A stretch of 64,000 nt of DNA from Myxococcota bacterium. Lineage in GTDB: Bacteria; Myxococcota_A; UBA796; UBA2385. The DNA lies in assembly GCA_044344255.1 (NCBI GenBank), contig JBIJDH010000002.1:256001-320000 (forward strand), given 5' to 3'. Under the pieces are notes generated by a model that was given only the letters and a program-made list of their open reading frames with translations, ran no database searches and was not told the origin of the DNA. The position numbers were made by a program, and so were the translations under genes. Position 1 is the first letter of the stretch. Each line of letters starts with the position of its first letter. Positions 1-12,162 of this stretch are shown here, in pieces.

Positions 1-793
1 CTGCCCGCTCCTGGAAGATCGCCCGTCCGAGCGGCAGGATGAGGAGCCCGGCGCCGAGCGCGACCGCCGCCGCGCGTCGGAGGCGGATCGGAGCCCCAGC
101 CCGCAGCGGCAGGGAGAGGCCGACGCCGAGGTCGATGAGCGCGGCCCAGACGCCGTTGTAGGGTCCGCTCCACGCGGTGAGCGCGAGGCCCAGCGCCGCG
201 AGCGCGCCGCGTCCGACCCCGCCCTCTCGGAGGAAGCGTAAGAGCAGGGCGAGCTGGATCCCGACGAGGCCGACGGCGAAGCCCTCGGACTGCCCGTCGG
301 CCGCGTTGGAGAGCAAGGCGGGGCAGCAGAGGCCGACCAGGGCGCCGATGAAGGGGTCGCCGCCGGACTCCTGCGCGAGCAGGCGCCCTGCGAGGCCCAT
401 CAACACGAAGCCTGCGTAGAGGGTGGTGTTGTAGCCCGCCGCTGGCCCGAAGAGGGAGCCGAGGGCGAAGAAGCCGAGATTCGCGGGGTCTACGAGCACC
501 ACCTCGATCCCCTCTGGCCAGGCGAGCAGCCGGGTGTCGAGGAGGAGGGGGCTCCCGGTCTTCAGCGCGGCCCAGAGCCCCCAGATGTGGGGCGCGGCCT
601 CCTGGTCGGCCGCCGCCAGCACGTGGGTGGTGAAGACCTGGGGCAGGGGCCAGCAGAGCAGCAGGGGGAGGCCGAACAGCAGCAAGACCCAGGCCAGCCG
701 CTCCCCCCAGGCCGGCCGCTCCCGCTCGACCGGGGCGGTGAGGGCGGCGGCGGGGGGCGGGGCGGCGGCGGGTGAGTCGGGGAGGGCGCGCAT
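1..793 (-). CDS. Polytopic membrane protein, possibly GT-C-fold glycosyltransferase-like (3' end runs off window)
   Basis: Manual translation from ATG at 793 (MRALPDSP...WVLLLFGLPLLLCWPL...HIWGLW...DPANLGFF...GYNTTLY...DGQSE); open to window edge, many hydrophobic segments; not in ORF track because truncated. Confidence 0.55.
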   Translation of the reverse strand, partial: MRALPDSPAAAPPPAAALTAPVERERPAWGERLAWVLLLFGLPLLLCWPLPQVFTTHVLAAADQEAAPHIWGLWAALKTGSPLLLDTRLLAWPEGIEVVLVDPANLGFFALGSLFGPAAGYNTTLYAGFVLMGLAGRLLAQESGGDPFIGALVGLCCPALLSNAADGQSEGFAVGLVGIQLALLLRFLREGGVGRGALAALGLALTAWSGPYNGVWAALIDLGVGLSLPLRAGAPIRLRRAAAVALGAGLLILPLGRAIFQERA

Positions 794-838
794 CGGTGGG
801 GCCGCCCGGCGAGGCGCGGCTCGCGATAGGGTGCTCGG

Positions 839-2302
839 GTGTGGCTGTTAATCGCCCTCGCCTGCGCGGGCCCACCTCCAGACCCTGCGCTCCGTGGCCG
901 CCTCGCGGAGGCCCTCTCCTTCGCCCCCGACGGCCCGCTGGACCTTGCGCTCGGCCCGCCCCAGGCCTTCCCCGGCTACGTCGTCCAGACCGCCACCTTC
1001 TCGCTGCGGCCCGGCTTCGAGGTCGCCGCCGCCCTCTGGACCCCCGAGGTCCCCTCCGACGTCGGCGTGCTGGTGGCGCACGGCCACTTCGACCAAGGCA
1101 AGTCCTCTCCGGAGGCCCAGGAGATCGCGCATCGGCTGGCGAAGCGGGGCGCCTGGGTGCTCGCGGTGGACAGCCCCGGGGTCGAGGAGTGGGACATCCC
1201 CTCCCGGCAAATCCACTTTGACGCCGGGGCCCACAACCGCGCCGCGCTCGCCGCAGGGGGGAGCAGCGCGCTCGCGCTCCAGCTCGGCGTCTTGCAGCGT
1301 GGGCTCGACGTCCTCGCCGATCGGGGGGCCCGCCGATTCGGCGCGACCGGGGCCTCGGGGGGGGCCGTGCTCTCCTTCTACCTGCTGGCCCTCGATCCCC
1401 GCGTGGAGACGGCCGTGATGGCCTCCTTCCCGCCGATCCCTCGGGAGGCTCAGCCGGGGGGCTGCGCCTGCGATCAGATCCCCGGCTGGCCCGGCCCGGA
1501 CGTCGAGGTGCTCCGCCTCGCCGATCGGCCCGGGCTCTGGCTCTCCGACGTCCCGCAGCCGCGCTCCGAGGGCCTCGGCCGCGAACAGGACTTCCGGGTG
1601 CTCGAGGGGCCGCACGGGTATCCGGGGCCGATGCAGGCGGCGGCGCTGACCTGGTTCGCCGATCACCTCGGCCTCGACGACTCCCCGCCCACCGAGGGCA
1701 CCCCCCTGCTCGACCTGCGCACCGCCGGGCCGGGCGCGGGGTCCCTCTCCATCGGAGGGCTCCGCCTCCCCGGCCGGCCCGCCTGGGTCCCCGCCCCCTG
1801 GGACAACGTGGCGTATGAGCTGGACTGTGTGGGGGCTGGCCCCACCGTCCTCCTGGTCGGCGGCGAAGCGGTCGATCGGGAGGCGCTGTCGGCGGCCCGC
1901 GTGTGCACGGCCGTCCTCCCGGTCGAGGAGGGCGGCGTGGACGAGGCCATCGGCCGCGGGCGCGTGTACGCCGATCGTCAGCTCGGCGGGCTCCTCGCCG
2001 CGGCTCGCCGCAGCGGCGCGGCCGGCGTGTACGCGGTGGGCGCGTGGGGCCTCCCGGCCTCCGCCGCTGGCCTCCCCTTCGTGGTTCGCCGCCCCATCCA
2101 CCGGCTGGACGAGCTGGTGATCGACCGCGATCCGGCGTGGGTCTTCGTGCCAGGCGGGCAAGAGGGAGAGTGGGAGCGGCGCCTCGGCGCGGCGCTGGCC
2201 ACCGGGGCGGAGCCGGGGCCGCTCGGGCATGCGCTGCTGAGCACGATCTCCGCGCCGTCCGCCCCAGCCGGGCCGGGTAGCCTGCCTTCGCCTCGCCCGT
2301 AA
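839..2302 (+). CDS. Alpha/beta-hydrolase-fold lipoprotein (esterase-like)
   Basis: Lipobox-like LALAC, VAHGH, nucleophile elbow GASGG, distal GPHG. Confidence 0.7.
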   Translation: MWLLIALACAGPPPDPALRGRLAEALSFAPDGPLDLALGPPQAFPGYVVQTATFSLRPGFEVAAALWTPEVPSDVGVLVAHGHFDQGKSSPEAQEIAHRLAKRGAWVLAVDSPGVEEWDIPSRQIHFDAGAHNRAALAAGGSSALALQLGVLQRGLDVLADRGARRFGATGASGGAVLSFYLLALDPRVETAVMASFPPIPREAQPGGCACDQIPGWPGPDVEVLRLADRPGLWLSDVPQPRSEGLGREQDFRVLEGPHGYPGPMQAAALTWFADHLGLDDSPPTEGTPLLDLRTAGPGAGSLSIGGLRLPGRPAWVPAPWDNVAYELDCVGAGPTVLLVGGEAVDREALSAARVCTAVLPVEEGGVDEAIGRGRVYADRQLGGLLAAARRSGAAGVYAVGAWGLPASAAGLPFVVRRPIHRLDELVIDRDPAWVFVPGGQEGEWERRLGAALATGAEPGPLGHALLSTISAPSAPAGPGSLPSPRP

Positions 2303-2394
2303 AGCTCCTGTGCGGGGGCCGTGACGGGCGCGGCGGAGGGCGCCCCTGGTTCACGGTCGGGGCATACTGGTGGAGGCCCGCTCCCGGAACCCGC

Positions 2395-2973
2395 TTGTCG
2401 CTTCGCCCCCGCTCGGCCCCGTCGCCCATTGGCCCCGCTGCGCCTGCGCTCCAGGTGGGCGATCTCGCCCCTCGGCTCGTCCTCCAGCCGGTCTTTGGGC
2501 TCCCGGTGCAGATCCCTGCGCGGACCGGGCCGGTGGTCCTGGTCTTCCTCCGCCACCTCGGCTGTCCTTTTGCCCGGGCCGCGGTCGCTCGCCTCCAGGC
2601 CGCGTCTCCAGACTTTGATCGTGCAGGTGTCGGGCTCGTCGGGCTGAGCCACTGCGAGGTCGAGGTGGCGCGCGACTATGTGCCTCGCCACCACCTGCTC
2701 TTCCCGCTCGTCCACGACGCCACCGGGGAGCTCCGCGCCCGCTTCGGGGTGGGCCACAACCGGCGCCTGATCGGCGGACTTGGGGCGCTGCGCCCGGCCG
2801 AGCTCTGGGAGGCGCTCGCGCACGGCAAGGGCCTGTCGCGGGGCGACGAGGCGGAGCTCCCGGCCGAGCTCGTCATCGGCGGAGACGGGGCGGTTCGATA
2901 CGCTCATTACCCTCGCTCCATCTCGTCCCTCCCTGACCCTCAGGCCCTCCTCTCGTGCGCCGCGGCGGGCTAG
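2395..2973 (+). CDS. Peroxiredoxin-like (AhpC/TSA, PRXL2-type) protein
   Basis: VVLVFLRHLGCPF motif and thioredoxin-fold C-terminus (ELVIGGDGAVRYAH). Confidence 0.75.
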   Translation: MSLRPRSAPSPIGPAAPALQVGDLAPRLVLQPVFGLPVQIPARTGPVVLVFLRHLGCPFARAAVARLQAASPDFDRAGVGLVGLSHCEVEVARDYVPRHHLLFPLVHDATGELRARFGVGHNRRLIGGLGALRPAELWEALAHGKGLSRGDEAELPAELVIGGDGAVRYAHYPRSISSLPDPQALLSCAAAG

Positions 2974-4175
2974 GCGGGGGCGGCCTCGGCCTGCTCGGCC
3001 TGCTCGGCCTGCTCGGCTCGGGCGGCTGCAGGGAGGTGCCGGCGGAGGTGGTGCGCCTGCCGGACCTCCTCACCGCCGTCGTCCGCCAGGAGGACGGCAG
3101 CTATCGCAGCCTCGCGCTGAGCCTCCCTCGCCCACGAGAGCCCCTGATCGTGCGCGAGGCGCCGGGGGTCGTGGCCCTCGGCCCGGGCTGGGCCCGCGCG
3201 GCGGCGATCCGGGAGGGCGGGCGCGGCGGCCTCGGCACCTATGGGGTTCACCTCGAAGACCTCGGTCCCACCGCGCTCCGCGCCGATCGGAGCCTGGGGC
3301 CGGATGGGGCCGCGATCCTCGGCGTCCACCCCGGCGGCCTCTGGTTGAGCGGCCCCGAGGGCGCCGCCTGGCTGGGCCTCGCCGATCAGCGAAACGCTGA
3401 ACCATCGGCCGGGGGCTCGCTCTGGCATCCCGGGCCGGGGCGGGGCTTCGCGCTCTCCCTGGACGCCGGCCGCTTGCGCCTCGAGACCCCCCACGCCCGA
3501 CCCCGAGATCCCGATCTCCTGCCGAGCGGCGTCGAGGCGGTCGTGGGGAGCTGGTGGTTGTCGAGCGCCCGCCTGCCCGTCTGGGAGCAGCGGCTGCTCG
3601 AGCAGCGCTTCAAGGAGATCGCGGCGGTGGGGATCGTCGAAGGGACGGCCCAAGCCGATGGCGACCTCTCCGAGTGGTCCGGCGTGCGGGCGCAGGTGGT
3701 CGAGCGCCGCAGCCAGGTGCGCGGCGGCGCGGGGGCCTGGACCGGCCCCGACGACGCCAGCCTCGGGGTGGCCGCTCGTCGCGGGGAGGGCGAGCTCATC
3801 GTGGTGGTGCGGATCCGCGATGATCACCTGCTCCCAGGGGAAGACCGCATCGGGCTCTCCCTCTCCGCGTCGTCGATCGGCGAGCTCGCCTTCTCGCTCG
3901 ACCTCCCCGAGGCGCCGGTCGGCGGACGGCGCGTGGTGGGCGAGGGCTGGTCCGCGGTCTTCGCCGAGGCCGAGCCCGGCGAGGTGGCCCTGGAGGTCTC
4001 GTTTCACCCGGCCGGGCTGTTCGCCGACGACGGCGAGCCCGACACCATCGTTCGCTACTCGGACGCCGATCCCGGGGAGGAGGTGACCACCCTCGGCACC
4101 GCCGCCTGGCCGGGCCTGCTCACCCCCGCGCGCCGCCCCAAAACGGCGGCCGCCTCGCTCAAGCGTGGACCTTGA
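2955..4175 (+). CDS. Hypothetical lipoprotein with C-terminal CBM9/DOMON-like region
   Basis: Hydrophobic N-terminus ending GGC; DGDLSEW...LIVVVRIRDD motif. Confidence 0.5.
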   Translation: MRRGGLGGGGLGLLGLLGLLGSGGCREVPAEVVRLPDLLTAVVRQEDGSYRSLALSLPRPREPLIVREAPGVVALGPGWARAAAIREGGRGGLGTYGVHLEDLGPTALRADRSLGPDGAAILGVHPGGLWLSGPEGAAWLGLADQRNAEPSAGGSLWHPGPGRGFALSLDAGRLRLETPHARPRDPDLLPSGVEAVVGSWWLSSARLPVWEQRLLEQRFKEIAAVGIVEGTAQADGDLSEWSGVRAQVVERRSQVRGGAGAWTGPDDASLGVAARRGEGELIVVVRIRDDHLLPGEDRIGLSLSASSIGELAFSLDLPEAPVGGRRVVGEGWSAVFAEAEPGEVALEVSFHPAGLFADDGEPDTIVRYSDADPGEEVTTLGTAAWPGLLTPARRPKTAAASLKRGP

Positions 4176-5127
4176 TCGGCGCCACGAGCAGGATGATCAC
4201 CACCGTCAGGACGTAGAGCAGACAGGTGACCAGGATCGGCTTGTCTTTGTACAAGGTCTCGTCGGGCGCGCCGCCCTCGTTCTTGGCATTGACCAGGTAC
4301 ATGTACCGAAACACCCCGTAGAGCACCAACGGGAGCGTCAACATCAGCCAGGGTGTCGGTGAGCCGAGGGCCGTGTAGAGGGCGTAGCTGAGGATCGTGC
4401 CCGAGCTCGTGACGGCTTGCAGCTCCTGGACCAGATCGTGACTGTACTCCTGGAGGATCTTGCGCGTGGTGCGAGCGCGATCCTCCAGCAGGGAGAGCTC
4501 CCCGCGGCGCTTGTTGAAGCCCAGGAACAAGGCGAGGAACGCGGTGCAGGTCAGCAGCCAGACGGAGGGGGCGGCCTGGATGGCCACCGCGCCGGCCACG
4601 GCCCGCCAGACGAAGCCCGAGGAGAGGAACATCACGTCGAGGATCACGACGTGCTTGAAGTAGAAGGAGTACGAGAGGGTGGTGACGTAGTAGAGCATCG
4701 CCACGAGCAAGAAGAGCGGCGAGATCCACCAGCTGATCAGGGCGCCGAGGCCGAAGATCAGCACCATCTCTGCGTATGCGAGGCGGAGCGGCAGCCGCCC
4801 CGCCGCGATGGGCCGGCGGGACTTGGTGGGGTGCCGCCGGTCGGCCTCGACGTCCCGCGCGTCATTGAGGATGTAGCCGCTGCTCGACAGCAGGCAAAAG
4901 GCCAGGAAGGCGAGGCCGACCAGGCCGATCGGCCGCCAGAGGACGGAGTGATCGACGGGGTCGGTGAAGCGGAGCGAGAAGACGAGGGCCGCGAACAGCA
5001 CCCCGTTCTTGGCCCACTGCTTGGGGCGCAGGGCCTGGAGGGCGGCGAGGGGCAGGTCGAGGGGCCCGCGGGGGCCGCCGACCGATCGAGGAGAGGGGCT
5101 GTCGATGGGATCACTCACAGGGATCAC
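4159..5127 (-). CDS. UbiA-family decaprenyl-phosphate phosphoribosyltransferase-like protein
   Basis: LRPKQWAKN, YILNDARDVEADRRHPTKSRRPIAAG, KRRGEL, YGVFRY motifs; start may be GTG at 5118. Confidence 0.85.
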   Translation of the reverse strand: MIPVSDPIDSPSPRSVGGPRGPLDLPLAALQALRPKQWAKNGVLFAALVFSLRFTDPVDHSVLWRPIGLVGLAFLAFCLLSSSGYILNDARDVEADRRHPTKSRRPIAAGRLPLRLAYAEMVLIFGLGALISWWISPLFLLVAMLYYVTTLSYSFYFKHVVILDVMFLSSGFVWRAVAGAVAIQAAPSVWLLTCTAFLALFLGFNKRRGELSLLEDRARTTRKILQEYSHDLVQELQAVTSSGTILSYALYTALGSPTPWLMLTLPLVLYGVFRYMYLVNAKNEGGAPDETLYKDKPILVTCLLYVLTVVIILLVAPIKVHA

Positions 5128-5140
5128 TCACTGGGATCAC

Positions 5141-5144
<4 letters not shown>
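5107..5144. repeat. 13-bp tandem repeat x3 (GGGATCACTCACW) at kinase/ubiA junction
   Basis: Units 5107-5119, 5120-5132, 5133-5144 (last imperfect) read directly. Confidence 0.9.
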
Positions 5145-7255
<2,111 letters not shown>

Positions 7256-7278
7256 AACCGCCTCGGCGTGCCTGGCGC

Positions 7279-10200
7279 CTACCAGCCGTCCTCCCGCGCC
7301 AAGGCCTCGTAGAAGCGGTGCCCGACGTCGCGGGCCCTCGCTCGGAGCTGCCGGAGCAGGGGGGTGACGGTCTCGCCGCGGAGCTGCCGGCGGATCGCGT
7401 CGAGGTGGAGGGCCCCGAGGTAGAGGTGGACCCAGCGCGACTTTCGGGTCTCGCGCACCAGGGGCTCGTAGGCCTCATCGGGGAGACCGGCGGCGGCCCC
7501 GGCCACCAGTCTGGCGAAGGTGGCGATCTCGCCCATGTCTCCGGCCTCTGCGGCGGCGAGCAGGGCGTTGGCCTCGACGAGGGCCTCCTCGTAGCGGCCG
7601 CTCACGAGCAGGAGGCGGCACTGCTCGGCGCGGACGCAGTGCCAAGCGTGGCCGCGGCGGGTGGCGGTGGTCTCGGCGAGGGCGGCGGGGAGGTCGCCGT
7701 TGAGCCAGAGCCACCGCGCGGCCACGGCGGGCCAGTGGTCGAGATCGGAGGCCCGGCCGACCTCCTGGTAGCAGGTGAAGGCGCGGTCGGCCTCCTCGGG
7801 GTCAGCGTTCTGCACCGCGACCTCGAGGGCGAGGGTCCAGGCCTCGGCGAGCTGCCGGCCGAGGGAGAGGGATTGACCGGCGTTGGTGGCCTCGTCGAGG
7901 AGGGTGCGGCCGCTCGAGAGGTCGCCGACCTCGATGGCCAGTCGGGCCTGGTTGAGCGTACAGACGGCGAGCACCATGGGGTCGCGGTGGCGGGGCTGGA
8001 TGGCCCGACAGCGGGCGGCGGCCTCGGCGGCGTCTTCGCGCTCGCCCAGGTACAGTCTGGCGATCGAGAGGTTCGCCAACATGGCGGACTGTCCACGTGC
8101 GAAGCCCGCCTGCTCGCAGCGGGTCGCGAGGTCGGAGCACAGCTCGGCCGCCTCGCGGAAGCGCCCGCAATAGACGAGGCCCGCCGAGAGCGTGGTGCCT
8201 GCGTTCACCTCGAGCTGGGTGAGGCGGTGGTGGGTGGGCACGAGGCTGGTCGTGCCCTGCAGCCGCTCCTCGCGCAGCCCGGCCTCGCGGGCGAGCACCA
8301 GGGCCTGCCGACACTCGACCACGGCCTCCTCGAATTCACCCCCGCCGAGGCGGGCCAACGCCACCTCCCGCAGCATGGCGGAGGCGATCGAGGGGAAGGT
8401 GTGGGCGAGCGCGGTCGCCCAGCGCAGCCCGGTGGCGATGGCGTGTTCGCGGCGCCCATGGCGGGCGTCATAGATGATGAGGAGGTGGGCGGCGAGGCCG
8501 CGCTGCTCGGCGGAGGCGGCGCGGGACTGGAGGTCACGGAGGTCTTGATCGCGCACCCGGCCGGGACGGATGTCGAGGTCGACGAAGAGGCGCGCGTAGG
8601 CGATGACGAAGTCGTCATCGGCGCCGCAGGTGAGGTCGCGGAGCTGGAGCCAGCGGTCGACCTCGGCGGGGTTTCCGCGGTCGAGCTCGAGGCGGATCGC
8701 CGCTTGGAACATCGCGGCGTCCGCGGTGCCGGCGCGCAGCCCGTGGTGGAGCACCCGCAGCGCGGCGTCGGGCTCGCGGTGGGCCTTGGACCAGGCGCGG
8801 GCGGCGTTGGCGTGCAGATCGGGGCGACGGGCGGCGGCCGCGAGGGCCAGGCGGCGGGTGCCGCGATCGGCGAAGGCCAGCCGCGCCGAGGCCCCGGAGG
8901 CGGTGTGCTCGGTCACCTCGGTGACCTCGTCGTGGAGGGTCGTCTCTTCACCGTCCAGGTCGGCGTCTGTGAAGCGGAGCTCGAGGTGACCCTCGTGCAG
9001 CAGCGTCTGGACGTCGGGGCTGAGCTGGTTGGCCACCACCCGCGGGAAGGGCTCATCGAGCACGGCGAGGGGGACGAGGCCGGGGTGGAGGACCTCGGCG
9101 GGGCCGCGCTGACCGCGCCAATGGGCGAGGGCTCGCCAGGCGCGGGCGCAGCTCTGGAGCGGGCTCTCGGCGAGGCCGTCGGTGGCCCCCTCGCTCACGG
9201 GCCAGACCCCCGGGGGCAGGATGCCGGGCAGCACCTCCCGCTCGATGGTGGCGCTCCAGAGGGGAGGGGAGAGCTGGCGGAGGCCGGCGACGGGCCGGCT
9301 GGCGGTGGCCCAGACCAGCACCCCCTCGGGGGCCTGCTGGCAGAGCGTGCCGACGATCGCCGCGCTGCCGATGTCGGCCTGGTCGAGGTCCCAGAAGATC
9401 ACCGCGATCGGCGCCTTGCGCTTGAGCAGGCGGCCGAGGGCCTGCCCGACGGCGACCGGATCGGGGGGCCAGGCCTCGGGCTGGGGCACAGGGACGGGCA
9501 GATCGGGCCAGACCGCGTGCAGCAGGCCGGCCTCGGCGCCGGCGAGGGCGCGCCGGGCGGCGGGGTCGCGCTCGATGAAGAGCTCGGCGAGGATGTCGCG
9601 GATGGCGCCGAAGGGGCGGTCCTGGGCGCACTGGCCGGCGACGGAGCGGTAGCCCTTGCGGAACCACTGCCAGCGGGCCTCTTGGACCATGCGGCGGCGA
9701 CCGGTGCCGGCCCGGCCGGTGACCACGGCGCTCCCGGTGAGCAGGCGGCTCGGATCCCCCGACCAGGCCGGGGGCGACGGCCACTCGGCAGAGCTCAGGG
9801 GGAGGCCCAAGGCGACCGCCTGCAGCAGCGCCTCCACCTCGTCGGCGTCGGGGCGCTCCGCGGGGTCGAGGCTGAGCATCCGATCGACGATCTCGGCGAG
9901 CGGGAGCGGCACCTCAGGGCCCAGCAGGGCGAGGGAGCTCCGCGGCCGGCCGACCTTCCAGCGCGCGGCGGGCACGCCAGTGAGGGCCTCGTGCAGCGTC
10001 ACGCCGAGGGCGTAGAGGTCGACCCGATGGTCGTGGGCCATCCGCAGGCGCTGCTCGGGGGCCATGTAGGCGGCGGTGCCCATGAAGTCGCCGGTTCGAT
10101 CGGGGGCCGAGCCGAAGCGGGCGGTGCCGAAGTCGAGGACCGTGGGCTGGCCGCCCTCGTCGACCATGATGTTGGCGGGCTTGATGTCGCGGTGGGAGAG

Positions 10201-10587
10201 GCCGAGGCGGTGGATCCCCGAGAGGGCGCGGGCCACGCCGGAGCCCGCGGCGGCGAGGCGGAAGACCCGCTCGACGAGGTCGGCGCTGCGCTGGACGTGG
10301 CGGTCGAAGAGGTCACCGTGGGCGATGTCCATGGTGAAGAAGACGAAGCCCTGATCAGAGCCCGCGTCGAGGACCCGGACCACGCAGGGGATCCGCAGCG
10401 TGCGCAGCTTCTCGAATTCCTGACGGAAGCGGATCTCGTCGGCCTCGTCCTGGTGCTCCCGCACCTTGATCGCCACCTCGCTGCCGCGGTGGTCGACCGC
10501 CATCCAGACCTCACCGTCGGCCCCCACGCCGAGGCGGCGGACGATCCGGTAGTTCCGGAGCACCATCCCGGGCGTGAGCGAGCGCAT
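7279..10587 (-). CDS. Ser/Thr kinase with degenerate P-loop (STAND-like) and TPR-like helical region
   Basis: HRDIKPAN, DFG, YMAPE; GRAGTGRR; IAVIFWDLD; helical C-terminus. Confidence 0.85.
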   Translation of the reverse strand: MRSLTPGMVLRNYRIVRRLGVGADGEVWMAVDHRGSEVAIKVREHQDEADEIRFRQEFEKLRTLRIPCVVRVLDAGSDQGFVFFTMDIAHGDLFDRHVQRSADLVERVFRLAAAGSGVARALSGIHRLGLSHRDIKPANIMVDEGGQPTVLDFGTARFGSAPDRTGDFMGTAAYMAPEQRLRMAHDHRVDLYALGVTLHEALTGVPAARWKVGRPRSSLALLGPEVPLPLAEIVDRMLSLDPAERPDADEVEALLQAVALGLPLSSAEWPSPPAWSGDPSRLLTGSAVVTGRAGTGRRRMVQEARWQWFRKGYRSVAGQCAQDRPFGAIRDILAELFIERDPAARRALAGAEAGLLHAVWPDLPVPVPQPEAWPPDPVAVGQALGRLLKRKAPIAVIFWDLDQADIGSAAIVGTLCQQAPEGVLVWATASRPVAGLRQLSPPLWSATIEREVLPGILPPGVWPVSEGATDGLAESPLQSCARAWRALAHWRGQRGPAEVLHPGLVPLAVLDEPFPRVVANQLSPDVQTLLHEGHLELRFTDADLDGEETTLHDEVTEVTEHTASGASARLAFADRGTRRLALAAAARRPDLHANAARAWSKAHREPDAALRVLHHGLRAGTADAAMFQAAIRLELDRGNPAEVDRWLQLRDLTCGADDDFVIAYARLFVDLDIRPGRVRDQDLRDLQSRAASAEQRGLAAHLLIIYDARHGRREHAIATGLRWATALAHTFPSIASAMLREVALARLGGGEFEEAVVECRQALVLAREAGLREERLQGTTSLVPTHHRLTQLEVNAGTTLSAGLVYCGRFREAAELCSDLATRCEQAGFARGQSAMLANLSIARLYLGEREDAAEAAARCRAIQPRHRDPMVLAVCTLNQARLAIEVGDLSSGRTLLDEATNAGQSLSLGRQLAEAWTLALEVAVQNADPEEADRAFTCYQEVGRASDLDHWPAVAARWLWLNGDLPAALAETTATRRGHAWHCVRAEQCRLLLVSGRYEEALVEANALLAAAEAGDMGEIATFARLVAGAAAGLPDEAYEPLVRETRKSRWVHLYLGALHLDAIRRQLRGETVTPLLRQLRARARDVGHRFYEALAREDGW

Positions 10588-10590
10588 GGC

Positions 10591-12162
10591 TCAGGCGTCC
10601 TCGACGAGGCGGCGGGCGATGAGGGTGCCCGCGGCCATCGTCGTGAGCTGAGGGTTCACCCCGAGGCTGGTGGGGTAGACGCTGGCGTCGGCGATGAGGA
10701 GGTCTCGCACGGCGTGGGAGCGGCCGCGGGAGTCCACGACGCTCGAGGCAGGGTCCCGCCCCATTCGGCAGGAGCTCTGCGGGTGAGCGGAGTAGAGCGC
10801 GAAGTCGGTCGTGGCGCGGCTTCGGAGCGCGGTGACGAAGCTCTCGAGGCTCGTGTGGCGGCCGATGCCGTGGATGGGGCCCGTGAGCTCCCGCGCCCCG
10901 CCGGCGAGGAGCACCTTGGCGGCCAGCACCATGCCCTCGCGGATGCGCTCGACGTCGGAGGGCAGCAGATCGTAGGTGACGTCGGCCTGCCCGTTGGGGA
11001 AGGCTCTCACCCGGCCGGTGCTCTCGTCGGAGATCATCACGATGAGCCCACAGAGCTGGGGCAGCAGCGCGAGGCCCTCGCTGAGCCGGGGGCCTACCAT
11101 CCCCAGCGTCGCGAGGCAGACCTCAGGCGGCGCCGTGAACGTATGGGGTAGGACGCCGGGGATCGAGGGATCGGTGAAGTAGGCCCCCTGCGAGGCCCCG
11201 CGCCAGAGGTGGATCTGCTCGTCGGCGATGCCGTAGACGGCGTTGCCGGGGTGGACATGCAGGCCCTCCCCCACCGGGCCCATGCCCTCGGCGATTCCGG
11301 AGGTCCAGAGCAGGCGCGGGGTGCCGATGCCGCCCGCCGAGAGGATGACCTTGTCTGCTCGAACCTCGATCTCTCCGCCCCGCTCGTTCGTCTCGGGGTG
11401 GACGGCGTGCCCGCGCACGCCGATCGCGCGGCCCCCCTCCACCATCACCTCGGTGATCTTGGCCTCGGCCTGGATCAGCGCGCCGTGCTCGACCGCCGTG
11501 GGGAGAAAGGTAAGGTTTGTACTGGCCTTTCCGCCAGATGGGCAGCCGTAGTTGCAGACGCCGCAGCCTCGGCACCCGGGCGTGCTGCGGGGCGCGAGGC
11601 CGCCCTTGAGGCCGAGGGCCTGGATGCCGCGGACGATGAGGGCGTTGTTCTTACCCTGGACCGCCTCGGTGGTGATGTGGACGCCGACGATGGGCTCCAC
11701 CTCGGCGTAGAGGGCGGCGAGCGAGGCGGGCCCCCAGCGGGGATCATCGAGGAGCTCGGCCCAGCCGTGGAGCACCTCGTCGGGCGTACGGAAGCTCAGC
11801 GCCGAGTTGATGAGGGTGCCGCCGCCGACGCCGCGCCCGGCCGCGATGGGGAAGCCCACCGGGCCGCGCCCGATGATGAGGCCCCCCTCCTGCATGTGGT
11901 GGCGCGCCGTGTGGCCCTGGCTCTTCTTGAAGTGGCTCTGGGCGGGCCCCTCTTCGAGCAGCACCACCTTCTTCCCCGCGAGGGCGAGCACCCGGGCCGC
12001 CGCGGCGCCGCCGGGGCCAGTGCCGACGATGACCACGTCGGCCTGCAGCCGCCGCCCGGCGCCGATCTCGGCGAAGCCGTCGGCCGGGGCGGCGGGGAAG
12101 ATGACCCCCGGATCGGGCGCCGGGTACTCCGGAACCCGCAGCGTGGCGGCGGGCTCGCTCAT
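10591..12162 (-). CDS. GMC-family oxidoreductase
   Basis: DVVIVGTGPGG FAD motif, GRGVGGGTLINS, CRGCGVCNYGCP, SAHPQSSCRMG, GVNPQLT. Confidence 0.9.
   Translation of the reverse strand: MSEPAATLRVPEYPAPDPGVIFPAAPADGFAEIGAGRRLQADVVIVGTGPGGAAAARVLALAGKKVVLLEEGPAQSHFKKSQGHTARHHMQEGGLIIGRGPVGFPIAAGRGVGGGTLINSALSFRTPDEVLHGWAELLDDPRWGPASLAALYAEVEPIVGVHITTEAVQGKNNALIVRGIQALGLKGGLAPRSTPGCRGCGVCNYGCPSGGKASTNLTFLPTAVEHGALIQAEAKITEVMVEGGRAIGVRGHAVHPETNERGGEIEVRADKVILSAGGIGTPRLLWTSGIAEGMGPVGEGLHVHPGNAVYGIADEQIHLWRGASQGAYFTDPSIPGVLPHTFTAPPEVCLATLGMVGPRLSEGLALLPQLCGLIVMISDESTGRVRAFPNGQADVTYDLLPSDVERIREGMVLAAKVLLAGGARELTGPIHGIGRHTSLESFVTALRSRATTDFALYSAHPQSSCRMGRDPASSVVDSRGRSHAVRDLLIADASVYPTSLGVNPQLTTMAAGTLIARRLVEDA

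Noticed and set aside
2395..2973. Peroxiredoxin-like gene as a selenoprotein, given selB
   Set aside because: Active-site codon is Cys (TGT); no in-frame TGA
2982..3018. GGCCTGCTC repeat
   Set aside because: In-frame GLL repeats within a signal peptide h-region; ordinary low complexity
7318..11151. 1277-aa plus-strand ORF
   Set aside because: Antisense shadow of the kinase and GMC genes; no motifs; expected in high-GC DNA
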